This document shows, one piece after another, positions 26,324 through 39,304 of a stretch of 64,000 bases of DNA (its first letter is position 1; each line of letters opens with the position of its first letter). A program made the translations under genes and the position numbers. The notes beneath the pieces are model-generated. The model did no database searches and was not told where the DNA came from. It was given only the letters and a program-made list of their open reading frames with translations. This DNA is from Selaginella moellendorffii (taxonomy: Eukaryota > Plantae > Lycopodiophyta). The stretch spans positions 1-64,000 of the forward strand of contig NW_003314326.1 of NCBI RefSeq assembly GCF_000143415.4. Reading direction: 5' to 3'.

Positions 26324-27529
26324 AAGCTCTATTTCGTTAAAGTGGGATTTATTCAGTAAAATGGGACTAGGTACAAATTTTCAAGTATTTGAAAATGACG
26401 TGAAATTATATGTTTTTTGTCCAGGGGCTAGACATATCTGGGGCATGGTGACTAGCGCGGTGACCTTATGTCCAGACTGAGTCCATCTAGTTGTATAATA
26501 AATCTCATTGTCAAGGTGAACAAGCCGAATCTGAAGCTAAAGAAGAGCGATGGCATGCGCGCACACACTATTTGTTTGTTCATTGAGCGTGTGGTGAGCT
26601 TTCCAAGATGAACATCATTCCTATTAGCCAGACATATAACTTAATGGTGAGAACATTTAGATATTATTCAATGTTATCTTTTTCTAACGAATCTAATTGT
26701 GAAGGTGTAGCAAGAGGCATTGCTAGTCTGGAGAAGTCATTTAACTCATTTGACCTTTAGTGTATTTTCATGAAACTAAATAACATTCATATTATTAAGG
26801 AATTTCTCTAGTACCTTTTTTTTACGACATAGAGGCTTGCATTTCTTTCAAAGGTGATTTAGTAAAAGGCCTGAGGGCACATGCCATTCTATTTCTCAAA
26901 CCGGTATTAAGATATACTAGTGCAAAGGGAGAAAGGTATTTGGTGATCAAGTAAATGGCATGAGGGCACACGCCATTATAAGCCTAAGCGCTAGTGGACA
27001 CCTCCTTTTTGGTACTCTCAGCGGTACTATCATCCTTCTCCGGGTCAGTTGTTTTGCTTTGGATTGTTGTCTCTGACGTTACTGGGGCGTTCTCGATAGT
27101 TGTTAATGTTGCCGTTTGTTCAGAAAAATGATCACCTGGAGTATAGTACGGGGAGTTTGGAAGACTTATATATTCTACATCTTCACCTATCTCCTTCTCC
27201 GTCTCCTTTTCTGCCTCACTTACAGATTTTGTGCTTGCCATGAGAACGCTCTTCACCCTAAAATATGGAGTTCGTTGTGTTATAAAAGGAAACCAACACA
27301 CACGCTGCAAGGGAATGATGGTACATAAAGCACGTAAGCCCACAATATGGGTTTATGTGCCATTAATATGGGCCACACGCCATATTATTAGATTTATGCA
27401 CGTGTGATTGGTAAATGCATATGTCACATCATCTTTGTTTTACCTCACACACTATATCAAGCCTCCTCTGATTCAGATTCGGATTGTTCACCTTGAAATA
27501 AAATACATTAGAAACTTTGTAAAGGAATA

Positions 27530-30493
27530 TTAATGAATCTCACCTTGAACCCGAGTTATGAATGCTCTTGCTGCATCTCTTGCATGGTCTGGCAAGGTGA
27601 TGGTGGCACTCTGCTTCCGCATCCAACCATGCACAACATTATCCACCGATATGCTCATGCTGGGATCCCTTGGATTCAGCACCCATCTCTTTTCTAAGCA
27701 ATCCTTCGTATATCCGGAACTTGGCTTGAACCACTCCACAGTTACATTGAAGGAGTTAGTTTCCGCGTCCTCCTCTGCATCAGTGATGCAGCGCCCCACC
27801 CATATCATTTGTTTTTTATTACTGGGTCTGACAAGCACGACCATTCCTTTGCAGACTTGTACTGGATTGAATGCTGAATCCGGCTTCTTGTTCCTCGGCC
27901 CACAATAGTGATCCTCAACATCGTTATCTGTCACTGCATTTCCAGAGGACATTGTTCCGCTACTATCTGGTGCTCTGGTTTCTGGCCAAAAGGACTCTTC
28001 CAATTCTTCATATACAACCGGCCCATTTTGGATAGCAGATATAATCTTCTCCTAGTATTCGAGCAAAGGCTTGCACCTCTGAAAATAGGATTCTCCACCA
28101 AACACCAACCCCCTCTTCCAGAAGGCAATATGCTGTCTAATCCCGGCCACTATACTTTCCTGGTCTTTGAGTCCATCCGGGTGCATCGGCCGTGGGGAAC
28201 CCTGAGGAATCATAGGTTCCCCAGTTATGGGATCTCTCTTGAAGAGTTCAATGCCGTCCACTGGCAGCCACACTGTGTCCCATTCTCTCATCTTGTACCT
28301 CATCACTGGAGCACCGTCACACATGCTGAAATGAAACTGAAGAGGCTTGGAGTGGCCAATCAGCGTTTCGGATCCATCCCTGATGTAGCCTCTTACAAAC
28401 CCCTTAAAGTCTGGAACCTCTGTCACAAGTGCAGCTTCAACAGTGCCTTTGATGCAATTTTGGAATTCATCGTAGAGTTGTGGGAGGGTGAGGACATTGG
28501 ATCGCCGGAGGGACTCTGCGAGGTGACTGAACATGGCATCGACGTCTTCATGAGTGTGCCCAACCATGAGAAAGCCAAGTGTAACCGTTTCAAATATGCC
28601 TTTGGCAACAAGCATCGCCAAGTACGCGAAGACGTACATGTTTTTGTTCTCACTGCCAGCATTGTCTGTTTGGAGCAGAAGATGGGGTGGAAGGCCACAT
28701 CGGCCGCAAGAACTTCCTTGAGATTCTGCTTCGTTTGGATGAGGCTGTGCATTCACCGGGCGACCAGCCTCGTCGGAATGGCATGAGGCCTCACGTGATA
28801 ACCCTACAATCTGACGGCCAACATATTCACTGGGATGGCATGGGGCCCCACGCGATACTGCAAGCCTTTGCTCCTCCTCCAGCTGAACCCTGTATGGGGT
28901 TCGATCGACAAGGGCCTTATGCAAGGGTTGGCCGTTCAGCTCAGTCTGCGCACTTTGCAGAGACCTTAAGTGTTTTGCTAGGGACGCAATCATCATGTTT
29001 GCACCCCCGCCACCCCATAGAGGTACAAAGAAGTTCCCATAGTTCTGGGCACCATGCCCATGAGCGATTATGCCAAACAGAGACACAGGCAGCTGCATGG
29101 ATGAAGAGATTGCCTTGGGGGCAGGATTGAGTCGAGGTAAGCACGTCTTTTTCTGGTCCATTTTGTCATGGATGATGCAGAGGTAAGAGTCAGGTCTCTC
29201 CATGGAGAGAATCCTGTTATGATAATATGCAGTCCTGCAGCTTCTCTGCTCGATGTTGTGGTCGAGCCGCCTTCTAACCAACGTCTCTCGCTCTTGAGCG
29301 CTGCAAGAATTCTTCGACAAAGCCATTTTGATAGCAGTGCACTCGTCACACTTTGAAAAGCTGGAGTACTTTCCTATACTCACATCCCTGAACCTGTTGC
29401 TCCACAATCTACTAAATCTAGATTGGCTCAGCTTCCTGTAGCCATTACTCTGGAGTTCCCGATTCACATCTTCCAATATGGCCCCCTTGGTATACATGGA
29501 AGGGAGAACTCGTTGGGTGTCTCGTGTTCCATCTTCCAAGAGGCGGGTTTTATGTGGTTGCTGCTCGCTACATGTCTCGACAAACCTCTTGAAGATTGCC
29601 TCTCCATATACAACATGACCCCTGGTTTTGTGCGTACCGTCGTTCCCATGGACTACCTGTTGAACCCTTTGTTCCTCGAACTCAGTTTTGATTCTGTAGA
29701 ATGTGCTTCGAGGGACTCCATAAATGATTCTCCATGCCTTCATGCAGACCAAACCCCTCTGGAAGACCATGCCCCCCACCTGATGTTCTGAAGCATCAAC
29801 AGATGACCGTAATGCCTCATACACAAAATTGCGAGCTGCCTTCCAGGACAATGTCTTGTATCTTGCTCTCTCCTCTTCAATAGCATCCCAATCAGCATGT
29901 TGACAGCACCTCCTCTTGCAACAAGCAACTGTCGAGACCATTCGAACCTCCATCGCCATTTTCTGCCTTTTCGGTTCGTTGCTCAGATCCCTTTGGCTGC
30001 GCTTTAGGAAGGTGTACTTTCTTTTCCCATGAAGAGATGTTCTGTCATCAGTTGTAGTGGTGTTTGATTGTGAATCCTTCACATTCTCAAACACTAAGTG
30101 CCTCAATTTCCACCGCACAATGCTTCCAATAGTCAGACTGTTTTCTTCTGTGTCAACAACCTCTAAAATCGCAACTCCAATATCATCCCAGCCCAATTCT
30201 TGATTAGCAACCGCATCTCTTGGATCGACAACTGTGGCTAAGCCCTCAGCTACCACCTCCCCCTCGGGGTTGTTTAGAAACACTTTTGCCTGAATCCATG
30301 TAGCACGGTTCTTAAGATCCACGGAGGGAACATGCGTCGCACTTGCGCTGTCCCCAACATCTGCTTTCTTCTGAAGATTTTTCAAGGCAACAACAACATT
30401 TACCCCGACGACCATCTCTCCTCGTTCAATAGCGACCACATTCCCATCGAAGACAATCTCTACTGATACAGCAGCATTGCCTTCCCCAAGCCT
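27530..30493 (-). CDS. DDD transposase (Sola-like); one TGG>TAG stop at 28052-28054; start lies in the N gap
   Basis: IIHDKMDQ / LLLQTDNAGSENKN / FLMVGHTHEDVDAMFS triad; CCKRRCC and SKCDEC cysteine motifs. Copy A has TGG at the stop position. Confidence 0.88.
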
Positions 30494-30672
30494 NNNNNNN
30501 NNNNNNNNNNNNNNNNNNNNNNNNNNNNNNNNNNNNNNNNNNNNNNNNNNNNNNNNNNNNNNNNNNNNNNNNNNNNNNNNNNNNNNNNNNNNNNNNNNNN
30601 NNNNNNNNNNNNNNNNNNNNNNNNNNNNNNNNNNNNNNNNNNNNNNNNNNNNNNNNNNNNNNNNNNNNNNNN
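30494..30672. other. Assembly gap
   Basis: Run of N. Confidence 1.
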
Positions 30673-30777
30673 TAGCATGAGGCCACATGCCATTATTCAA
30701 ATATGCTATTGACACCCACGTGAAATTTCGCATTCACAAAATTGGCATGAGCCCTCATGCCATTAGTGGTACCACTA

Positions 30778-30969
30778 ATGGCATGAGGCCTCACGCTATC
30801 TTTGGCCCCTGCTAGCCTGTTGCTATATTCCTTTTGCCTTGTTACAACTGTATATATTTTTGTGTGCGTGACTAGTCACCCATACAAAAATATATATAGT
30901 TGCAGCAAGGCAAAAGGAATATGGCAATAGGCTAGTAGGGGCCAAAGATGGCATGAGGCCTCATGCCAT
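30778..30969. repeat. 192-bp near-perfect spacerless palindrome
   Basis: 96-nt arms centred on ACT|AGT (30873/30874), bounded by two ATGGCATG-N6-CAYGCYAT motifs. Confidence 0.93.
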
Positions 30970-31496
30970 CTTGATATACACACAGCTGCAGGCAAGTAAA
31001 AACATACATGACAATACGCTAGCCATGAAATTGCAAGGGCCCAAGATGGCATGTGGCCTCATGCCATTTCTAAATGTGGTCCTAAACCATTCCATGGTGA
31101 ACATACCACGAAGCACAAGTGCCGAATATCAAGAGGAAGCGGTAGCCACACCAAAGACAGTGCCGCTCGCAACACCGCAACTACTCGTAGCGCCGCTCGC
31201 AACACCGCAACTGTTCGTAGCGCCGCTCGCACAAACTGCCACTCGCATAAACTGCCGCTCGCAATGGCCCTCGCAATGCCGCAACCGCTTGTAGACGCAT
31301 AAACCACAGCTCACAACGCCGCTTACACAAGCAGCGCTCACTGCGCTCAGCGGAACCAAGAACACGGCGCACAAAAATGATAGACCTAGGAATGAGTTCG
31401 AGAATTCAAAAATAACACACGCTTGAACGTCACATCAAATCCTCTGACAAACTAGATCTTATGATTCCTCTGACAAATTTCAAACTGAGTAGCTTC

Positions 31497-32130
31497 NNNN
31501 NNNNNNNNNNNNNNNNNNNNNNNNNNNNNNNNNNNNNNNNNNNNNNNNNNNNNNNNNNNNNNNNNNNNNNNNNNNNNNNNNNNNNNNNNNNNNNNNNNNN
31601 NNNNNNNNNNNNNNNNNNNNNNNNNNNNNNNNNNNNNNNNNNNNNNNNNNNNNNNNNNNNNNNNNNNNNNNNNNNNNNNNNNNNNNNNNNNNNNNNNNNN
31701 NNNNNNNNNNNNNNNNNNNNNNNNNNNNNNNNNNNNNNNNNNNNNNNNNNNNNNNNNNNNNNNNNNNNNNNNNNNNNNNNNNNNNNNNNNNNNNNNNNNN
31801 NNNNNNNNNNNNNNNNNNNNNNNNNNNNNNNNNNNNNNNNNNNNNNNNNNNNNNNNNNNNNNNNNNNNNNNNNNNNNNNNNNNNNNNNNNNNNNNNNNNN
31901 NNNNNNNNNNNNNNNNNNNNNNNNNNNNNNNNNNNNNNNNNNNNNNNNNNNNNNNNNNNNNNNNNNNNNNNNNNNNNNNNNNNNNNNNNNNNNNNNNNNN
32001 NNNNNNNNNNNNNNNNNNNNNNNNNNNNNNNNNNNNNNNNNNNNNNNNNNNNNNNNNNNNNNNNNNNNNNNNNNNNNNNNNNNNNNNNNNNNNNNNNNNN
32101 NNNNNNNNNNNNNNNNNNNNNNNNNNNNNN
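31497..32130. other. Assembly gap
   Basis: Run of N; copy A ~15245-15878 shows the likely content. Confidence 1.
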
Positions 32131-33955
32131 GATAAACATGCAAATACAGAACTTGATGCAAAATCCTTTGATATGTCACAATGCCCCTAGGACCATAAAC
32201 ACATTTCAATAGAGAGGGTCCTTTCATTTCATAACTCCTTACGTAGATCTTGGTGAAACCAGAGTTAGTGAAGTTAGTTTCTTGTGATCCCGCATCTGAT
32301 TGTGATGTCCCTTTGCAGTTTCGATGGAAAGGTCAATGCACACCAAACTGTGAAATCTTGGAGCAAAATAACGGTCGGATCTATGGCAAATGCCCCTGAA
32401 ACATTGTAAGGCTCGTGTGGTCTCATGTGGTGTCCGATTGAGATGCTTCTTTGCAGGGTCATCAAGAAAGACATTGTATACCATTCTGTAAAATCTAGTT
32501 GCGATCTAACGGTTGGATCTCCAGAAAACTCAAAAAAATCTCGCGCGTGTCAGAATATCCTAGGAATATACTCCTATGTGCCCCTGAAAATGGCATGCGG
32601 CCCCACGCCATTCAAGAGATAATGCCAGATGACGCCAAGAATTTTTTGGTGCATTTTTTGGGTTCAAAATTGCATGAGCCCACACGCTATAAAGTTTATC
32701 TTTGCCAAATAGAGAAAAGTTTATTTGTGTCATATGAGGTAGTTACAGTCCTTTGTGCTCGGCATCTGCCTCTTGCAGCATTTGCACTGAAAGGGAATTT
32801 TTCTCCATTCAGCATTTGGCCCTGAAAATGGCATGTGCCCACACACCATTCAAGGAATAACGCCACAGGACGCCTAGATTTTTGGGTTTAAAATATTTAG
32901 GGTTTTTTGGGTTTTTTCAAAATATTTTGGGTCCAACGTTTTTTGGGTTTCTTTGGTTCAAAATTGCATGAGCCCACACGCTATAATATTGATTTGAGAG
33001 AAAAATAGAAACAGATAGAATTTCTTTATTTAGCTGAACATCTGCCATTTTTGGAAATACAAGATGCTTTGGAATATCCAATCATGCATGGTATAAATAT
33101 AGCGAGGGTATTAAATGATATCCCAATCATGATCTTTCTTTTGGATTTCGCGTGCATGCAGTCCGAGGAATGATGACGTTGCGGATTTCTTTTGGATTTT
33201 GCGTGCTTGCATGCGCGCGGCAATCCAGAAATTAATGGTGGCGCCCAAGTCCGAGGAATGATGACGTGGCGGGATTACCAACCGTTGTGACATTTCGCGC
33301 GTGTGAGGTTAGGTTTTGCATTTTGCTTTGTACTCGCGCTCGCACACTCGCGCTCGCGCTCGCATCACACTCGCGCTCCCGCTCGCATCGCGCTCCCACT
33401 CGCGATCACGCTCACTTCTCTACAGGTTTCTCGTGTGCATCGGCGTCCACTCGCGCTTGCATCACACTCGCGCTCGCATCGCGCTCGTGTGCATCGGCGT
33501 CCACTTCAAGACACACCCAGTTTGTAACTTCGCCGCCAACTCCGCCGCCCACTCCACCACCCACACGCAGCCCACTTGGCGTCCCGGGAGATTTCAGCAC
33601 CACTCTCCAACTGTAAGTGGCAGAGTAGCCTTGCTGCTACGATCCGCTGCACACACAGTGCACATTCGCCAGCGAGTCCGGCCTCGATTGTCACGGCCTC
33701 CATTCGGCTTCAAATGGTAAGTCTTTTAGACCAAGTAGAAAATGGCATGAGGCCACATGCCATTCAGTAGCAACATTGGCATGCACCGATTGGGCTCTCG
33801 AGTGCAGTCCGGTTACAGATGGCGTGTAGCCTCACGCCATCTTAGGATGCAGCCTCAAGACATCTGATGCAGTGGTGAATGGCGTGTGGCCTCACGTTAT
33901 TTCCAGCTGCTAGCTTTTCATCTGTCAGCTCTAATTGTTGTGCATTTTTGAACAG

Positions 33956-36900
33956 GCAAGGAATTGCGTTCTTCTTCCAGCCACTGTCAATGTGGATGCA
34001 GAGAAGGGGGAGGAGCTCACCAATTGGACTTTCGGGATGGAAGGCGAGGATCTGATGCTGTACAACACAGATGGTGGGAGAAAAGAATGCATGGGGATCC
34101 TCATCCAAGTGACAGACACTCCATGCAGTTCCATGCAAGAATATGGACTGGCACTTGTGGTAGAGACAGCGTCCGCCTTCAAGATCCACCTTGCACATCC
34201 TAGCGGCTTCCCGGAGGGGGGCAGCGGCTATGAGGAATTCCTAGAGGGAGCTAGGGAGAGGTTGTCCAGGAGGCCCACAATTTCAAAGACGCTGCGGGTC
34301 TATGAAGATCACATGGAATCCACGGACCTCACCTACGGCGATGTTCAAAAACTATATTCCAACATTGAGCCGTTGAGAGTGCCTCCAGTTTGCGAAGCGA
34401 AGGGGAAGGGGGTCGATCTGGAAACTACCCCGAAGCAGAAAAGGGTGGTCAAGCTCAAGCCGACGTCCGACTCTGCTGCTCCAAAAAAGAAGCTACTCGG
34501 TGATGCCATTGCCTCGGGTTCGAACACTACACCCACCAAAAAGAAGAGCCGCAAAGAGCAGAAAGAGCAAGAAGAGGCAGCAAAAATCGTCGCAGATAAT
34601 AGTACTTGTTACTATTCCAACAAAGTATATACAATCGACGTGAGCCGTATCGAGATCCAAAGCAAATACAACCACAGGCTAGTATCTGATGAGTGGGTGG
34701 AGAAACTGAAGCAGAAGATGCTGGCAAGTCCAGTAACACCCGACATCGCAGACGTGATCCCCTACTACCGAACAATGAAGGGCGAGACGAGGTTTCCAGA
34801 CTTGATCAATAGGAAGGTGTTGGACGATCAGAACATCCGGTTCTATGCCGTCTCCGGGCAGCATTCTAGCTTGGTGATGCAACAGATAGTTGTGGATATT
34901 ATGGTGGGCGAGGAGGTGAAGAAAGTCTTCAAGACAAGAGTTGTCCGCCTGATAAAAGGCAACTCGCCCCTCCGATCTATCATATACATCTCCCACGCGC
35001 AGAATGTCAAGCAAGAAACGTGCTACAAATCGGGTCTGCACGAGACATTGGCACGAACACGGAAGCTCTGGGTTCAACTAAAGAAGCCACAAAAACCAGG
35101 ACAAGGACGTGCACTAGCAACTAGCGCCTGGCAGGTAAGCCTCGTTGCATGTGGCATAGCATGTGGCCTCACGCCATTTCCATTGCAGGAATTCTCGAGT
35201 CTTCTCTCGAAAACACTGGGGGTCAATGACACACTCAGCATCCATAACATTCTACTCGCGACAAAAGTTGTTTTTGACAAATGGGTAGATGTGCTGAGGA
35301 GGTACCATGACGGGGAGTTGCTAAACTCAATGGGTGTGGAGGACGGCCGGAAGCCCAATGATTTGAAGCTCAACGCCTTGCGTTTCTCGCGGTCTCTAGA
35401 CGACGACGACCTTCTGACAGTGGCTAATGCTCTTCTACTTGGTGAGGTAGTCTTCAACAAGACCAAAATGACTCCCGGCCATATTGTGACATACGAGGAC
35501 TTGTGCACGACTCTGAGAGCTCGTGCGCTATTGAAGGATTGGATCTTCGAGCAAGTGGCCGTGGCGAGGGTGAGCATCGACACCACGCAAGAGATGATGG
35601 AAGAGCTGGACTTGTCAAATGAAGACATCGACGAGTACGTGAAGGGGGCCCCCAAGTTCATCGATCTGCTGCGGGATGCCACGAAAAGTAAAGCTGAGAA
35701 GTTGGATCAGTATCCAAATTTCATTAAGAGGGATGTCGACCGCCGGCTTCAGAAACAGCTCGACCCCGCAGCAGAGGCCTATCGAGAACCTTACCGGGTA
35801 TACGTGAATTCGGATGAGGATCAAAGGTGGAGGAGCATCGTTTCCCGCGGAGATGAGCAGGTCAAGAACATCTTTTGTGTGATGAACTTCACAAACGAGG
35901 AGATCACTCATGCAGACGAAGTCAGCTCCATCATTGACTTAATGGTGGGACTTGCGGAGGTGGAATCTTCAGTCCACTATATGATCTACGACTCCGAATC
36001 CTATCACAAGTTCTGGAAGGCCTTGAACGAGGTGAAGGCTCGGTTGAAAGGCAAGGAGATGCGGGAGATCCATGGGATAATGGCTAAGAAGAAGATACCG
36101 ACGAATGTCCGCATCTTCACAGTCGCCCTTGTTATTGGTCCTGCAGCAGAGTGGGACTGGAGTGACTTCCCAGCTTCGTTCAACAAAGCCGATCGAATTG
36201 ATCTGAGGGAGGTCAATTTACCCGTGCCTGAGGAACTGAAGACGGCTATGGAGCTTTCGAATCCAAAGAAAGCTCCAGGTGCAGCATGGGAAATGCTCAG
36301 CTGGGTCTTCAACGCAATAGCGGGTGACTCCAAGGGCAAATGCGTTGTCGAGTACAACTGCGGCGGACTATTCTTTCGAGCCGCACTACTCAAGGGTGTC
36401 CCGTGTGTTGCGGTGACAAACTCCATTGAAGAGGTGACTTCAATGGAGCATATAATTACAGTTGCCAAAGAAAAACAGTATCTTCTCTACGAACCTGGTG
36501 AGTACGCACTTTAAGTTTAAATGTTATCTCACAAGCTCTGTATGCAGGAGCGTGGCCACCCCCAGATGCTGAAACGGCGTTAACAGCTACTGATGTTAGG
36601 CCGAGGTCACAACCTGCACAAGGTAAGGTCACGTGAGGCCTCACGCCATTTTGATTATAGATCGTTGTGAATATTCAGACACGAGGACTGAAAAGCGCAC
36701 TGGTGGCGCGTCGAAGAAGGACAAACAGACAAGCAATAGGAAAAAAGGAGGTACAAATTATATTTGCAATGGCATGTGGTCTCATGCCATTCCTTGCAGG
36801 AGACACTTCTTCAAAGGCAAAACAGGCAAGCACCAGCCAAGCTCAAACTGACAGTGGTCATAAAAAGCGAAAGCACGTTGGACAGTCGTCGGGATCAGAG

Positions 36901-39304
36901 GCGTTTGATTCGAAAAGGAAGAAGGGCAACGAAAAGATGATAGGTAATGCCTCGCGGTTATGGCGTGTGTGCTCATGCCATTCATTGCAGATCAAGGGCT
37001 GAGTGAAAGGAGCCAGTCACCACCTTCTGACTCAGATTCCTATGGCGGACTCCCCTTCCCCAATCTCAATGGAGAGGTACAATGGATGAGGGATGCTTTT
37101 CAAGTCAGGGCCACGTTTTTCTCATCTCGTCGTCTTCGAAGGGTGCAAGAACGTGCAGAAACCATGTTAAGACAGTCGAGTGAGGATACGGTCCTAGGTC
37201 ACGCACTAAAACAGGCTATGGATGTCTTGTATTTTGAGATGGAGACTCGGCCAGATGATTTTTCCAAGATGGTCCTGGAAAAACAAGCAATCCAGCCTGA
37301 GCAGCCTATGGAAGAAATGCAAGAGGGGGATGAGGAGCCAGAGAAAGATAATGAGCAGGAAGAGCAGAAGGACGAAGAGGAGGACGAAGAAGAGGAGGAC
37401 GAAGAAGAGGAGGACGAAGAGGACTTGGATGGTCCTCACAATGGTGACGATCACAATAATGACGAGGACGATGATGATGATGATGGCCAGCCTAAGGTGG
37501 CCAAAGAGCAGCGGAGGAAGGTCATACAAGACAAACCATCAGGTAAATAATAGTACATCCATTCCTAACCTTTTACCATTTCTAACATTGTCCATGTAGG
37601 TCGCAGAAGAAATGGTAAGTAGAGATTATTCAGTTGAATTAAGATACAAACTCTAGCCTTTAGTGTCGAGGAAGGATAGTGCCAAGCAAGGGTCGAAACG
37701 TATGTCCAATCCTTCAGAATCAGCAGTGCGCCCAAGTGATATCGGTCCTAGTTCCTCAATAGCAGTTGATGGTAAATACAGTATAGTCGATTCAATGTGC
37801 TAATGAGTTTGTTTTTAGTAGCACGGGAGGATACCATCTCAATCGAAGGGAGATATTTGGACATGCATATGGATCCGCCAGTGGACTCTACTTGCCTGCA
37901 AGAGTCATTAGAGCTGGTGGAGGCTACTATCCATATCAACGCCAAGCAAGCTGACCACGCTCCACTTGATGCTGCCCATACCACTGAGTCAATCTTGTCC
38001 ACGTATCCAACTGACGGTGACCAGGCGCCATTGGACCCGCATGAGGCCGCCCCAGCCGCCGAGCCGGTCGTATCCTCATTTCCAACGTGTGCCCAATCGT
38101 CTGACTACGCGCCGTTGGAACCTCCCTACACCGCCCCTGCTGCCTGTTCGGTCATGTCCACTTTGCCAACGGAGGCACCAGCTGAAATGGCGTGTGATCA
38201 CACGCCATCGGAACCACCCCATGCCACTGTTGAGCCAGTTGTACCAGAGTCTACAGCTGAAATGGCATGTGCCCACACGCCATCGGATGCGATTGACCCC
38301 ACATTGCAGAGGAGAGTATTTCCGCCCTTCACGTTTCCTCGACCAAAACCCTCTGAACGACCATCGGGAGCACCATTCGCTAATATTGTAGATGGTAAAA
38401 TTGACTTGTACCATTTTTTATGCTGACGCATTTCATTTCAGAGTCACGGCGAAAGTACTGTATCGTTTTTGATCTGAACGGTGTCCTTTTCTCCCATGAG
38501 CGTGGCTCGTCCTCGAATGTCACTGCACCCTCCAAAGCCTGCGGTCGCAAGTTGGTCAAAAGAGACAGATTCACATTAATCACACGGGAGAAACTGCGGG
38601 ATCTAATAATGACCATGCGACACTTAAAACAGAGGGCCGGGTTCAATTTGCAATTGGGAGTTTGGACATCCATGATGCGCCACAATGCATTAACGTTGCT
38701 ACAGATGATGCACGATCAGACGCGAGTAATATTACCATTTGACTTTCTCCTAACGCAGGAGGATTGCTTGACTATGGTCCATGTGAGGGGTAGCAAGCCC
38801 ATCTTCGTCAAGGCAGAGGCTGTAGTGATGAACCGGACTGCTAGGTCAAGTGAAATCCTCATCATCGATGACTCGCCGATTAAAACTGCAGCGAACACGC
38901 ACACATATGCAGTGCACCCCATCTCTTGCAGTATGGAAACTAGGGAGAAGAAACCGTATGTTCTGGGGGACCTTGCAAAACGGCTTGAAGCGATGGTGAT
39001 AGAGAACCGGCCAGTCCAGGAGGTGGCTGCAGAAATCAACCAAATGGCAGATGGAACGGTATATCAGAAGCCATTTGATCGGACAGACACCAGTCATCAT
39101 TTATGGCATGTATATTGTCTAGCCAAGCACTATCCGCATCTCCATAATCTGCTCAACCGGATGGGTTCTTCGACCACTGAACATGAGCGTGGACGTATTA
39201 GAGAAGAGATGGCATTACTATTGGGTTTAAATCCTGATAGTGTGGAGAGTGATGAAATTCCAAGATTATTGTATAGGCGTTGGAGGCAAAAAATAACAGT
39301 CTGA
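33956..39304 (+). CDS. Spliced transposon gene of at least 1630 aa: ParB/Srx-like domain, degenerate beta-class DNA MTase-like fold, acidic linker, C-terminal FCP1/NIF HAD phosphatase-like domain
   Basis: GT-AG exons 33956-35134, 35189-36497, 36548-36622, 36679-36750, 36800-36943, 36991-37542, 37600-37614, 37664-37771, 37819-38394 and 38442-39304 join into one stop-free frame (4893 nt). Motifs FYAVSGQH; NPKKAP...KCVVEYNCGGLFFRAALLKG; IVFDLNGVL, GVWTS, IIDDSPIK. The 5' exons are unresolved. Confidence 0.8.

Noticed and set aside
30426-32227. ORFs spanning N runs, including the listed start of the 893-aa ORF
   Set aside because: Artefacts of translating through assembly gaps.
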